This document shows, in pieces, positions 1-7,684 of a stretch of 12,613 nt of DNA. The notes below the pieces were generated by a model. It had not been told where the DNA came from. It saw only the letters and a program-made list of their open reading frames with translations, and ran no database searches. A program made the position numbers and the translations under genes. The stretch is from an uncultured archaeon (GTDB lineage Archaea > Iainarchaeota > Iainarchaeia > Iainarchaeales > DTGL01), in contig CAZKED010000028.1 in the NCBI GenBank assembly GCA_964551725.1, positions 1 through 12,613 on the forward strand. The letters are read 5' to 3'. The first letter of the stretch is position 1, and each line of letters opens with the position of its first letter.

Positions 1-12
1 TCTGGTGGTGTG

Positions 13-576
13 ATGGATAAGAAATTTAAGCTGGCGGTTTTGGGAATTGCTGTTTTTTTTGTTTTAGTTGCCCTCTTTGTTTTGATATTACCCGGAAATG
101 TTCCCTACGAGGGCGATGGCGGGCAGCACGTCGTGCTTGAACCTTACTTTGTAACCCGCTTCGTTGAAGAGAATCCGGACTATGAGCCCCCCGAAGGCTC
201 AGATTTTCCCGGTCCCGGGAACCTGAAGGCGGAAAGAATGGATGTTGCAGTAGTCGGGTTTCCCTCGGGAGAGCTTTTATTGGAAAGCGCGGTCACGCTT
301 GTCCTTTCAAACGGTTCCGAAAATGCACGTTCTTTTTCAGTGTTTTCGCCGTCGCTTGAAGGGGAAAGTTTCCCGATATCCCAGTTTGCAGTTGGTGCAG
401 GAGAGGAAGTGGCACTGGACCTCGTGGTAATGCCTTATGTTTTCGACATACTGGAAGGAGGCGATTTCCCGATTGAAGAACCGGAAAAAGGCGTCCTCGT
501 CTTCGAGATTGTGTGCACTGTAAACTGTCCGGAAGAAAAAAATTTATTGAGGATTTTTTACTCAAAAGCGGAGTAA
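13..576 (+). CDS. Hypothetical protein with N-terminal membrane anchor or signal peptide and an acidic extracytoplasmic domain
   Basis: ORF 10..576; ATG at 13 follows GGTGGTG (SD-like), GTG at 10 is an alternative start. N-terminus MDKKFK plus a ~21-aa hydrophobic stretch (LAVLGIAVFFVLVALFVLILP); the rest is acidic and beta-rich, with CTVNC near the C-terminus. The stop converges with rtcB across an 11-nt gap. No family recognised. Confidence 0.75.
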   Translation: MDKKFKLAVLGIAVFFVLVALFVLILPGNVPYEGDGGQHVVLEPYFVTRFVEENPDYEPPEGSDFPGPGNLKAERMDVAVVGFPSGELLLESAVTLVLSNGSENARSFSVFSPSLEGESFPISQFAVGAGEEVALDLVVMPYVFDILEGGDFPIEEPEKGVLVFEIVCTVNCPEEKNLLRIFYSKAE

Positions 577-587
577 AATCAGCCGGT

Positions 588-3536
588 TCACCCTTTTACG
601 GTTATGACCGGCTTTACCCTCGCCACCTTTTTGTTTATGCCCGAGGAGTGCATTACCCCCACAACGGAATCAATGTCCTTGTAGGCGCCGGGAGCTTCCT
701 CTGCGGCTCCCTTCCAAGAATGCGCCTTAACAATAATCCCCCTTTCTTTGAGTTCGCGCGCAATTTGCTCCCCGCGGAACTGCCGCGTTGCAGCATGCCT
801 GCTCATCTTCCTGCCGGCTCCGTGAACTCCGGAGCCGAAAGCCTCGAGCATTCCCTGCTCGGTGCCAGCCAGAATATATGAATAAGTGCCCATTGTTCCG
901 CCCACCAAAATCGGCTGCCCTGCTTTGCGGTATTGCTCCGGCACTTCCTTGCGCCCCGGTCCAAAGCCGCGAGTGGAACCCTTCCTTTGCACCATTAATT
1001 CCTTTTTCTCGCCCCCGATCTCGTGCACCTCTATTTTTGCAGTGTTATGCCCCACATCGTAAAGCGTTCCAATCTCTCTTTCGCCTGTTCCCAGCACGTT
1101 GCCGAATGCCTCACGCGTCAAATGCGCCAGCACCTGTCTGTTTGCAAAGGCACAGTTCATTCCTGCGTTCACCGCAGAAAAATATTTCTGACCCTCCTTG
1201 CTTCTCACCGGCGCGCAAACCAGTTCCCTGTCCCCTATTTTTATTCCGTACTTTTTTGTGGCATTCGCCAGTTCCTGTAGGTAATCCATTCCAATCTGGT
1301 GCCCCAAAGCGCGTGAACCGCAGTGAATGCTCACAAGCACCTGCCCTGCATTCAAGCCGAACGCTTTTCCTGCCCCGGCGTCGAATATTTCCTCAACGAT
1401 TTGCACTTCAAGGTAGTGGTTTCCGGAGCCAAGCGTGCCTACCTGCTTGGACTGCCTCTGCTTTGCTTTGCGGGAAACATTTTCCGGCTTTGCTCCCTTG
1501 GCTTTTCCTTCCAGTTCAGTGAACTCCAGGTCCTGCGGAAAACCATAGCCGAGCTTTACCACGTGCTCCGCTCCCCCTGTGAGCACCTCGTCAATCTCTT
1601 CCTCGCCCAGTTTAAGTTTTCCCGTGGAACCAAGCCCCGCGGGAATTTTTCTGAATAATTCTTCCGCTAACTCCTCCCTTTTTCCCTGCAAATCCTTTTC
1701 CCGGAGCGGGGTTCGCAGAGTGCGGACGCCGCAGTTTGAAACAACAAAATTGTTCGCTATAAAGTTGTGGTTTTCATCTTTAACTGTAAAATCGTAGACC
1801 TCTCTTTTAAAGGGAATCTCTTCTCTTGAAACAATTCTTTCCCAAACCTGTCCCGTTTCCCCGAGCCCCTTAGTTGCTTCTTCCAAAAATTCCTCGAATT
1901 TGGGAAAATTGGATGCTATTCTCGGGCTTGTTTTCCTCCCGCTCCAAACGCTTCTTTCCAAAAAACGCTTGTTTACGTTTTCCTTTTCCAGTACAGTGGC
2001 TATTTCCTGCATGGTTTTTCCTTTTGCCTTTAATGATTTTGCTTTCTTCTCCGCTTTTTTGCGCCCCCGCAGAACATTCTCTTTAAGCTTAAGATACTGC
2101 AATGCCGTGTTTGCCAGAAAACTTCTCTTTTTGTTATATTCAAAGCCGATTTTTTCCCATAAATTCCGCAGGTTTTCATTTGTGCCGTTTATTTGCAGCC
2201 TGAGCCTGACGGAAATTTCCCCCGCCTTATTCTTGTACTCTTCTCGCTCCCTGATTTGGGAGCTTTCAACTCCGAATTCCTTGAGAAGTTCGGTCAGTTG
2301 TTTTAAGAATTTTCTCCCGCTGTTGGCAAATTTTTCCTTTTTGTTCATTGAGATTATCTGGTTATAGAAATTGTATCCGTGGTTTGTCACCGTTTTTGGC
2401 GATGTTAATTCAGCCCCAAAAAATGATGCCAGAAAAAGCCTTTTTTGCCATTTTGGGCACTCAAAAAGCCATTTTGGCAAGGCAAAGTCCTGAGTTGTCT
2501 TGTTTCCAACCGGCAGACCCATTGCCATTAACAGGGCGGCAAGCGAGTTAGCGCTGCTCTTAATGCTGTGCTCTGTTGCCTTGAACTCAACCAACCCATA
2601 CATTGTTTTAATCGAATGTTCTCTTTCCCTTGAATAAACCCTTGAAGCCTTAAAACCGATTTTCTCTATGTCCTTCCGGATTTCCCTTAAGTCTTCCTTC
2701 TTCCCATAAAACCAGATGCAGGCTCTTTCATTTTTTGAGAAAAACACCTGTCCATCTCCAATTATGTAACCCATCAATTTAATAAGATAGGGAAATTTTT
2801 CATTGTTCATTTTCAATGGTAGCAAATTCCGTTTTTCAAGTTCGTCAATTGATTGCTTCAAGTTCTTTTTTAATGACAGTTTTTCAATATCCTTTTTTCC
2901 AATAATTGTTTTTTCGCTTGGCTCCTCAAATTCAACACCCGTAAAGGGGTAAACCGCTATTTTTTCACCATTAAAATGCTTCAATTCAACCATCCCCTTT
3001 GGGGTGAAAAAGGGATGCTCTTCAGTTGCAATTATTTCCCTTCCTGTTTCGGTTTTAACCCTGAAAACCCTGCCTTTTGGCTTGAAGGAAATAAACCTTT
3101 CTATTTCCGTGTCCTTCATTTTTTTGGCCGGATTGGAACATTTTATTCTCTCTTTTCTCCAGCTATTCCCAAAATCCTTCATTTTTTTGTTATAGCCGAA
3201 TTCATGCAATATTTTTGTGTTCCCTTCAAGGCAGTTGATGTCAAAGCCGATTGAACCAAAGGTTATGACTCCAGTTTGCATGTCCATCGCCGTAACAGAG
3301 CCAATTGGCGCCCCGTAACCGCAGTGCACGTCCGCGAGCGCCAGAGAATATTTCTGAATTCCGGGCAGGGAAGCAACATTCCTTATCTGGTTCAATGAAT
3401 TCCACTCGGCATTCTTTTCATTCTCTTCCCTGAGCATTTCCACAATGCCCTCATCGGCAACAATTCTGCCCGGAACGTTCATGCCCTCGCGCTTTGGAAT
3501 CTCCCAGCGGAATTCGTCGATTTTTTTTATTTCCAT
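588..3536 (-). CDS. rtcB: RtcB RNA-splicing/repair ligase (3'-phosphate/5'-OH), intein-containing precursor; about 482 aa after splicing
   Basis: RtcB motifs DVHCGYGAPIG, GFDIN/CG (split by the intein), GTLGSGNHYLE, HCGSR, DVGHN, RKG, HGAGR (guanylylated His), EEAPGAYK and C-terminal VKG. ATG at 3536 has GGGGAG upstream and is preferred over TTG at 3551. 982 aa minus the 500-aa intein gives 482 aa, typical of archaeal RtcB. Archease is adjacent. Confidence 0.97.
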   Translation of the reverse strand: MEIKKIDEFRWEIPKREGMNVPGRIVADEGIVEMLREENEKNAEWNSLNQIRNVASLPGIQKYSLALADVHCGYGAPIGSVTAMDMQTGVITFGSIGFDINCLEGNTKILHEFGYNKKMKDFGNSWRKERIKCSNPAKKMKDTEIERFISFKPKGRVFRVKTETGREIIATEEHPFFTPKGMVELKHFNGEKIAVYPFTGVEFEEPSEKTIIGKKDIEKLSLKKNLKQSIDELEKRNLLPLKMNNEKFPYLIKLMGYIIGDGQVFFSKNERACIWFYGKKEDLREIRKDIEKIGFKASRVYSREREHSIKTMYGLVEFKATEHSIKSSANSLAALLMAMGLPVGNKTTQDFALPKWLFECPKWQKRLFLASFFGAELTSPKTVTNHGYNFYNQIISMNKKEKFANSGRKFLKQLTELLKEFGVESSQIREREEYKNKAGEISVRLRLQINGTNENLRNLWEKIGFEYNKKRSFLANTALQYLKLKENVLRGRKKAEKKAKSLKAKGKTMQEIATVLEKENVNKRFLERSVWSGRKTSPRIASNFPKFEEFLEEATKGLGETGQVWERIVSREEIPFKREVYDFTVKDENHNFIANNFVVSNCGVRTLRTPLREKDLQGKREELAEELFRKIPAGLGSTGKLKLGEEEIDEVLTGGAEHVVKLGYGFPQDLEFTELEGKAKGAKPENVSRKAKQRQSKQVGTLGSGNHYLEVQIVEEIFDAGAGKAFGLNAGQVLVSIHCGSRALGHQIGMDYLQELANATKKYGIKIGDRELVCAPVRSKEGQKYFSAVNAGMNCAFANRQVLAHLTREAFGNVLGTGEREIGTLYDVGHNTAKIEVHEIGGEKKELMVQRKGSTRGFGPGRKEVPEQYRKAGQPILVGGTMGTYSYILAGTEQGMLEAFGSGVHGAGRKMSRHAATRQFRGEQIARELKERGIIVKAHSWKGAAEEAPGAYKDIDSVVGVMHSSGINKKVARVKPVITVKG
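1734..3233 (-). mobile_element. Intein (500 aa) with LAGLIDADG homing endonuclease, inside rtcB
   Basis: Starts CLEGNTKIL (block A Cys1, codon 3231-3233), block B ATEEHPFFT (TxxH), LAGLIDADG-like helices LMGYIIGDG and FLASFFGAE, block F VYDFTV..HNFIAN, ends VVSN (codon 1734-1736), followed by the +1 Cys of CGVR. Removing exactly 1500 nt restores GFDINCGVR. Confidence 0.95.
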
Positions 3537-3551
3537 TTTTTCTCCCCGCAA

Positions 3552-3971
3552 TCAAACGTCCACAACGCACTGCGCCACAAACTCTCCGCCGCGCTTTTCC
3601 GCAACAAGCTGCGAGTACGTCGCGCCTTTAACCTCAACATCAATAGAATGCTTCTCCCTGTCTATTTTTTCCCCGCGCGCCTTCCCCGCGAGCACCAGTT
3701 CCCCGTTCCTTTCCGAAATTTCCGCCATGAACTCGGAAAAGAACATTTCTCTGAGTGATGCCTCGGACAAAAGCACGTTGAGCCATTCAATCAACAGTTC
3801 GCTCCTGTTCCTTGCCCTTGCCCTTACTCCAACTTCCTCTTTCGGCTCAACTCCGTGCAAGTCAACCATTACCGAAAACATTGCCTTTGCGCATTCCTCG
3901 AATGCTTCCCGGAGCGTGGAGCCTTTTCCCCTCACGCCGATGTCCGCTTCATGCTCGAACAATTCGAACAT
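3552..3971 (-). CDS. Archease (RtcB activating cofactor)
   Basis: N-terminal FEHEADIG (H-x-A-D), AFEECAKAMF, LLIEWLNVLL, EVKGATYSQL and C-terminal VVDV match the archease pattern. 139 aa, ending 15 nt upstream of the rtcB ATG. Confidence 0.95.
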   Translation of the reverse strand: MFELFEHEADIGVRGKGSTLREAFEECAKAMFSVMVDLHGVEPKEEVGVRARARNRSELLIEWLNVLLSEASLREMFFSEFMAEISERNGELVLAGKARGEKIDREKHSIDVEVKGATYSQLVAEKRGGEFVAQCVVDV

Positions 3972-3979
3972 TTTTTCCC

Positions 3980-4426
3980 CTACTTTTCCAGATTGGCTAT
4001 TTTTTCCAGCCTGCGGGAATGCCTCCCGCCTCGGAATTCTGCCTTGAGAAACGCTTCTATTGCCGAGGTAGCCTGCTCGAAATTCATTGTCCTGCCACCC
4101 AAACAGAGCACATTTGCATTATTGTGCTCTTTCGCCATCCGCGCAGAATATTCATTATGTATAAGAGCGGCGCGTATTCCCTTCACTTTGTTTGCGGCAA
4201 TGCACATTCCAATTCCAGTGCCGCAGAAAAGAATTCCCAGAGCGTTCTTCGCCCCTTTGACTTTCACCGCAGTCTTTTCCGCGTAATCAGGGTAATCGCA
4301 GTTCTCCTCTGAAAAGCAGCCCAGGTCCACTGCTTCAATTCCTTTTCCCTCAAGCCATTTGCGCACGGCTTCTTTGAGTGCAAAGCCGCCGTGATCGGAG
4401 CCAAGAAAAACAAGCAGTCCAGCCAT
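3980..4426 (-). CDS. rpiB: Ribose-5-phosphate isomerase B (RpiB/LacAB family)
   Basis: Motifs GSDHGG, DYPDYA, GILFCGTGIGMCIAANKVKGIRAA (catalytic Cys), HNNANVLCLGGR and GGRHSRR; 148 aa; 8 nt upstream of archease. Confidence 0.96.
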   Translation of the reverse strand: MAGLLVFLGSDHGGFALKEAVRKWLEGKGIEAVDLGCFSEENCDYPDYAEKTAVKVKGAKNALGILFCGTGIGMCIAANKVKGIRAALIHNEYSARMAKEHNNANVLCLGGRTMNFEQATSAIEAFLKAEFRGGRHSRRLEKIANLEK

Positions 4427-4458
4427 TCAAATCAAGGAAATAAAGGAGAAAAAGTTAA

Positions 4459-6417
4459 TTAAATTGTTTGTTTTTTTCTGCCGCGCATTACAAACAGTGC
4501 TGCGGCGAGCACTCCGAGAACGAGCAATGGGTGCAGTTCGGGGCTTTCAATCTGCGGCGCACTGGCGAAAACCTTCAGGACCCCGTCCGCCGAGCACCCA
4601 TCCCCGACACACTGCGAGGGATTGGTTATATGCGCTCTCACGGGATAAGCGCCCTCCTCCGTAAACTTGTAGCTTGGAGTGAACGTTGTTCCGCAGCTCT
4701 TGTCCCCGCCGTCGAGGTCAGTGCTGTAGATTACGGTTCCATCCCCCTTTTCAATTGTAACTTTCACAGGAGCGCCCGGGGCACTGCACGTAAGCGTTAT
4801 TTCCGTTTTGTTCTGCGCCGGGTCCTGCTTCAGGGTGATGTTTTTCGCGCTGACGCTCTGGAGAACCGTTGCGTCCGACACGGTTATGGTTAAAGTATCG
4901 CTCCACTCCGAGCCGGCTCCCGTAGGGTCATCATATGCTTTCGCCTTCACTGAAAAAGAGCCCCCGTCGTTAAAAATATGGGTTATGCTGGTGTTAGGGC
5001 AGTCCGCACAACTCTGCTCCTCTATTGGAGTGCCGTCCCCGAAATCCCATTCCCACTTCCTTATGGCATCGCCTTCCGGGTCGGAGGTGCTGGCATCGAA
5101 TTTGACCGTCAGGGGCTTTGTCCCGCTCGTGAGATTTGCCGTTATTGTCGGCTTGAACGGCGGATTATCCTCCACTGTCACCGTTTTTGTTATACTGTGA
5201 GTGCCGCCGTCGTTGTCTTCCACGGTCAGTTCCACATCGTAGTCCCCGTCGGCATTATATTTGTGTGTGGGGCTTACCCCGCCGCCGGTTCCGTCGTCAA
5301 AATCCCACGTGTAAGACACAATCGTTCCGTCGTCATCGCTTGAAGCAGAGGCGTCAAAACTGACAAATTCGCCCTTTACAGGGTTAGCAGGGCTGTAAGA
5401 GAAATCAGCCACAGGCGACTTGTTTACAATGTTAATCTGGGCTGTTGTCGAGCCCGTTGCGCTGTCGTCGTCTGTTACTGTTAATGTTGCGGTTTTAAGA
5501 CCCAGGGCGGAGTAACTGTGCTGCACTATCTGCCCGGAGTCCGAGCCGCCGTCCCCGAAATCCCATTCATAAGAAACAATGCTTCCGTCGGAATCGGAAG
5601 AGCACGACCCGTCAAAGTCGACGCTGGAATTCCTGTAGGTTTCGGTCGGATTGGCATCTATGCAAGCGGTCGGCGGATTGTTTCCGGGCGCAACGCTTAT
5701 GGTTATGGGATTGGACCAGTCTGATTCGTTCCCCAGTTCGTCAATTGCCCGCACTTCCACGACATAATCCCCCTGAGCAGCGAATTGCTTGTTCACTGTT
5801 TTCTGCGGGCAGTCCGCTCCCCCGCAGTCGTGCGTTTCAATCGCTCCGTCAATTCTGAATTCCCATTCCTCTATGGAAAGGTCTCCCTGCGCGCTTTTTG
5901 CTGCGGTAAGATCCGTGCTCAGAGGCGCGTCTCCTCCCACGGGATTTGCCGTCACAGAGGGTCTTCCAGGTCCTGCGTAGCATTCCCCGATCCAGTCGCA
6001 GATACCCGTTCCTCCTGCGGTAGCCCATGTGTGCCCGGAGCACTCGCACCATTCCTCAACAGAACAATAATCAACAGTATAAGCATTAGTCCAAGATGTT
6101 TCCCTCCAGGCTCCATTGCCTCCCCCGTCCCTGTCTGCTTCGTAAACCCTTGCCTTTATCTGGTACTGCCCTTCAACAGGGCAGAAAAAGTAGGGGTTTT
6201 GCGAGGTCCATTTCCAGATTTCGGTTACGCTCGGCGGGCAGCTTCCGCTCTTTGAGTCAAATTGCATGTTATTCCAGCCGGATTCACCACCGTTGGGATC
6301 CCTTAACTTGAACTGCATGTTGGAAATGTTGCAGTTGGATGCAGCGCTGGCTGAAAGCATCATTGCAATGAACGACAGAAGAACCAAACAGCCGTACAGC
6401 ACTCTTTTTTCTTTCAT
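4459..6417 (-). CDS. Secreted cell-surface protein with four PKD-like Ig domains and a C-terminal membrane anchor/sorting signal
   Basis: Sec-type signal (MKEKR + hydrophobic + ASA-A); PKD signatures YEWDFGDG, YTWDFDDG, WEWDFGDG plus a degenerate WEFRIDG repeat; LTVTDDD and LTVEDND strands; paired Cys; C-terminal PELHP + hydrophobic helix + RGRKK. Confidence 0.9.
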   Translation of the reverse strand: MKEKRVLYGCLVLLSFIAMMLSASAASNCNISNMQFKLRDPNGGESGWNNMQFDSKSGSCPPSVTEIWKWTSQNPYFFCPVEGQYQIKARVYEADRDGGGNGAWRETSWTNAYTVDYCSVEEWCECSGHTWATAGGTGICDWIGECYAGPGRPSVTANPVGGDAPLSTDLTAAKSAQGDLSIEEWEFRIDGAIETHDCGGADCPQKTVNKQFAAQGDYVVEVRAIDELGNESDWSNPITISVAPGNNPPTACIDANPTETYRNSSVDFDGSCSSDSDGSIVSYEWDFGDGGSDSGQIVQHSYSALGLKTATLTVTDDDSATGSTTAQINIVNKSPVADFSYSPANPVKGEFVSFDASASSDDDGTIVSYTWDFDDGTGGGVSPTHKYNADGDYDVELTVEDNDGGTHSITKTVTVEDNPPFKPTITANLTSGTKPLTVKFDASTSDPEGDAIRKWEWDFGDGTPIEEQSCADCPNTSITHIFNDGGSFSVKAKAYDDPTGAGSEWSDTLTITVSDATVLQSVSAKNITLKQDPAQNKTEITLTCSAPGAPVKVTIEKGDGTVIYSTDLDGGDKSCGTTFTPSYKFTEEGAYPVRAHITNPSQCVGDGCSADGVLKVFASAPQIESPELHPLLVLGVLAAALFVMRGRKKQTI

Positions 6418-6440
6418 TCGTTATATTTAGGTGTTTTTAG

Positions 6441-6456
6441 TATTTATTTTTTTCTG
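6441..6456 (-). promoter_or_regulatory. Putative archaeal BRE/TATA promoter for the PKD gene (likely leaderless)
   Basis: Minus strand reads CAGAAAAAAATAAATA, ending about 23 nt before the ATG at 6417; no SD is visible. Confidence 0.4.
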
Positions 6457-6533
6457 TTGCTTTTTTCCGTCCTTTTGGTTCTGTTCCGCTTTCTGTTATC
6501 TCCTGCAGGACTGCCCTTTTCGGTGAATTTCCC

Positions 6534-6554
6534 TTTTAATACCTTTCCAGGGAG
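6534..6554 (+). promoter_or_regulatory. Putative TATA box (TTTTAATA) and/or SD (GGGAG) for the first radical SAM gene
   Basis: TTTTAATA at 6534-6541 and GGGAG at 6550-6554, before the ATG at 6563, in the divergent intergenic region. Confidence 0.4.
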
Positions 6555-6562
6555 ATTTTAAT

Positions 6563-7531
6563 ATGACTTTGAGTTCCCTTGACCTGAAGCTCGGATTCAA
6601 ATGCAACAACAACTGCCTGAGCTGCCCCCAGGCCCAAAACAGGCATTTGGGCGACCTTTCCACTGACGAAGTTAAATTTTTCCTCGGCGAGGGCAGGAAG
6701 AGGGGCAGTGACCAGGTTGTGCTGACCGGCGGCGAGCCGACTGTAAGGGAAGACATACTGGAAATAATAGAGTTCGCGAAAAGCATCGGCTACAAGGACG
6801 TGCAACTGCAGTCCAACGGGAGAATGTTCTGCTACAAAGAGTTCTGCGAAAAAATAATTGAAGCCGGCGCCGGTTCTTTCATGCTCGGCATTCACGGACC
6901 CGAAGCAAAAGTGCACGATTTTCTGACGCGTTCTCCCGGGGCGTTTGAGCAGGCAATCCAGGGAGTAAAAAACCTCAAGGAATTGGGTCAGCCGGTATCG
7001 ATTAATTCGGTGGTTAACAAAATAAACTACAAGCGCCTGCCGGAAACAGCGGAATTGTTCGCAGGACTGAAAGTGAAGCAATTGCAGTTTGCTTTCATTC
7101 ACTGCGTCGGGAATGCACTGGAGAAAATCGATTTGCTCCTGCCAAAAAAATCCGAAGTAATGCCTTTTATGCACAAAGCGCTTGACATAGGAATCAAGGC
7201 AGGGCTTTTGATGAGAGTGGAAGCGTACCCTTTCTGCTTTCTCAAGGGGTATGAAAAATATTCCTCCGAACTCTACATGCCCTACAAGGAAGTCAGGAAC
7301 AAGGCAAGATTCTGGGAGGATTTCAGAAAAATCCAGTGGTCAGCGAAAAGAAAAGGGCCGCAGTGCTCCGAATGCAAATACGATTTGGTGTGTCCAGGTC
7401 CGTGGGTGGAATACACGAACAAATTCGGGTTCAAGGAACTGAAGCCAGTGCAGGGAAAAAAAGCAGGGAATGCAAAAGAGATTATTGGAAGGGCTGATGA
7501 GCGTGGGGGAGAACAAGAGTTACACCCTTAA
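6563..7531 (+). CDS. Radical SAM protein, HxsC-like (paralog 1), with a C-terminal Cx2Cx5C partial auxiliary-cluster motif
   Basis: CNNNCLSC (CxxxCxxC), LTGGEPT, LQSNGR, IHG...HDFLTR.PGAF, YPFCFL and C-terminal CSECKYDLVCPG. The HxsC-like label is inferred from architecture and from adjacency to an HxsB-like gene. Confidence 0.88.
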   Translation: MTLSSLDLKLGFKCNNNCLSCPQAQNRHLGDLSTDEVKFFLGEGRKRGSDQVVLTGGEPTVREDILEIIEFAKSIGYKDVQLQSNGRMFCYKEFCEKIIEAGAGSFMLGIHGPEAKVHDFLTRSPGAFEQAIQGVKNLKELGQPVSINSVVNKINYKRLPETAELFAGLKVKQLQFAFIHCVGNALEKIDLLLPKKSEVMPFMHKALDIGIKAGLLMRVEAYPFCFLKGYEKYSSELYMPYKEVRNKARFWEDFRKIQWSAKRKGPQCSECKYDLVCPGPWVEYTNKFGFKELKPVQGKKAGNAKEIIGRADERGGEQELHP

Positions 7532-7684
7532 AGTGGGTTTTTACTGCAACAACAACTGCATTTCCTGCTCCGAGTCGCACAGAAAGCCGTGGGACGATTT
7601 GAGCGCGGAGAAAGCAAAAGCCCTTCTCGATGAAGGCAGGAACAGGGAATCAAAAACCCTTGTGCTGACCGGCGGCGAGCCGAC
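6717..7684 (+). repeat. Identical 25-nt segment shared by the two rSAM paralogs (6717-6741 and 7660-7684)
   Basis: TTGTGCTGACCGGCGGCGAGCCGAC occurs in both, and TGCAACAACAACTGC occurs at 6602-6616 and 7545-7559; reflects paralogy at the conserved motifs. Confidence 0.8.

Noticed and set aside
513-4312. Several plus-strand ORFs (513..881, 788..1522, 1900..2367, 3445..4047, 3812..4312 and others)
   Set aside because: They lie antisense to rtcB, archease and rpiB, which have clear family motifs.
7517-7531. ELHP at the end of rSAM paralog 1 matches PELHP of the PKD protein
   Set aside because: A 4-aa coincidence in a region constrained by overlap with paralog 2; no TM helix follows.
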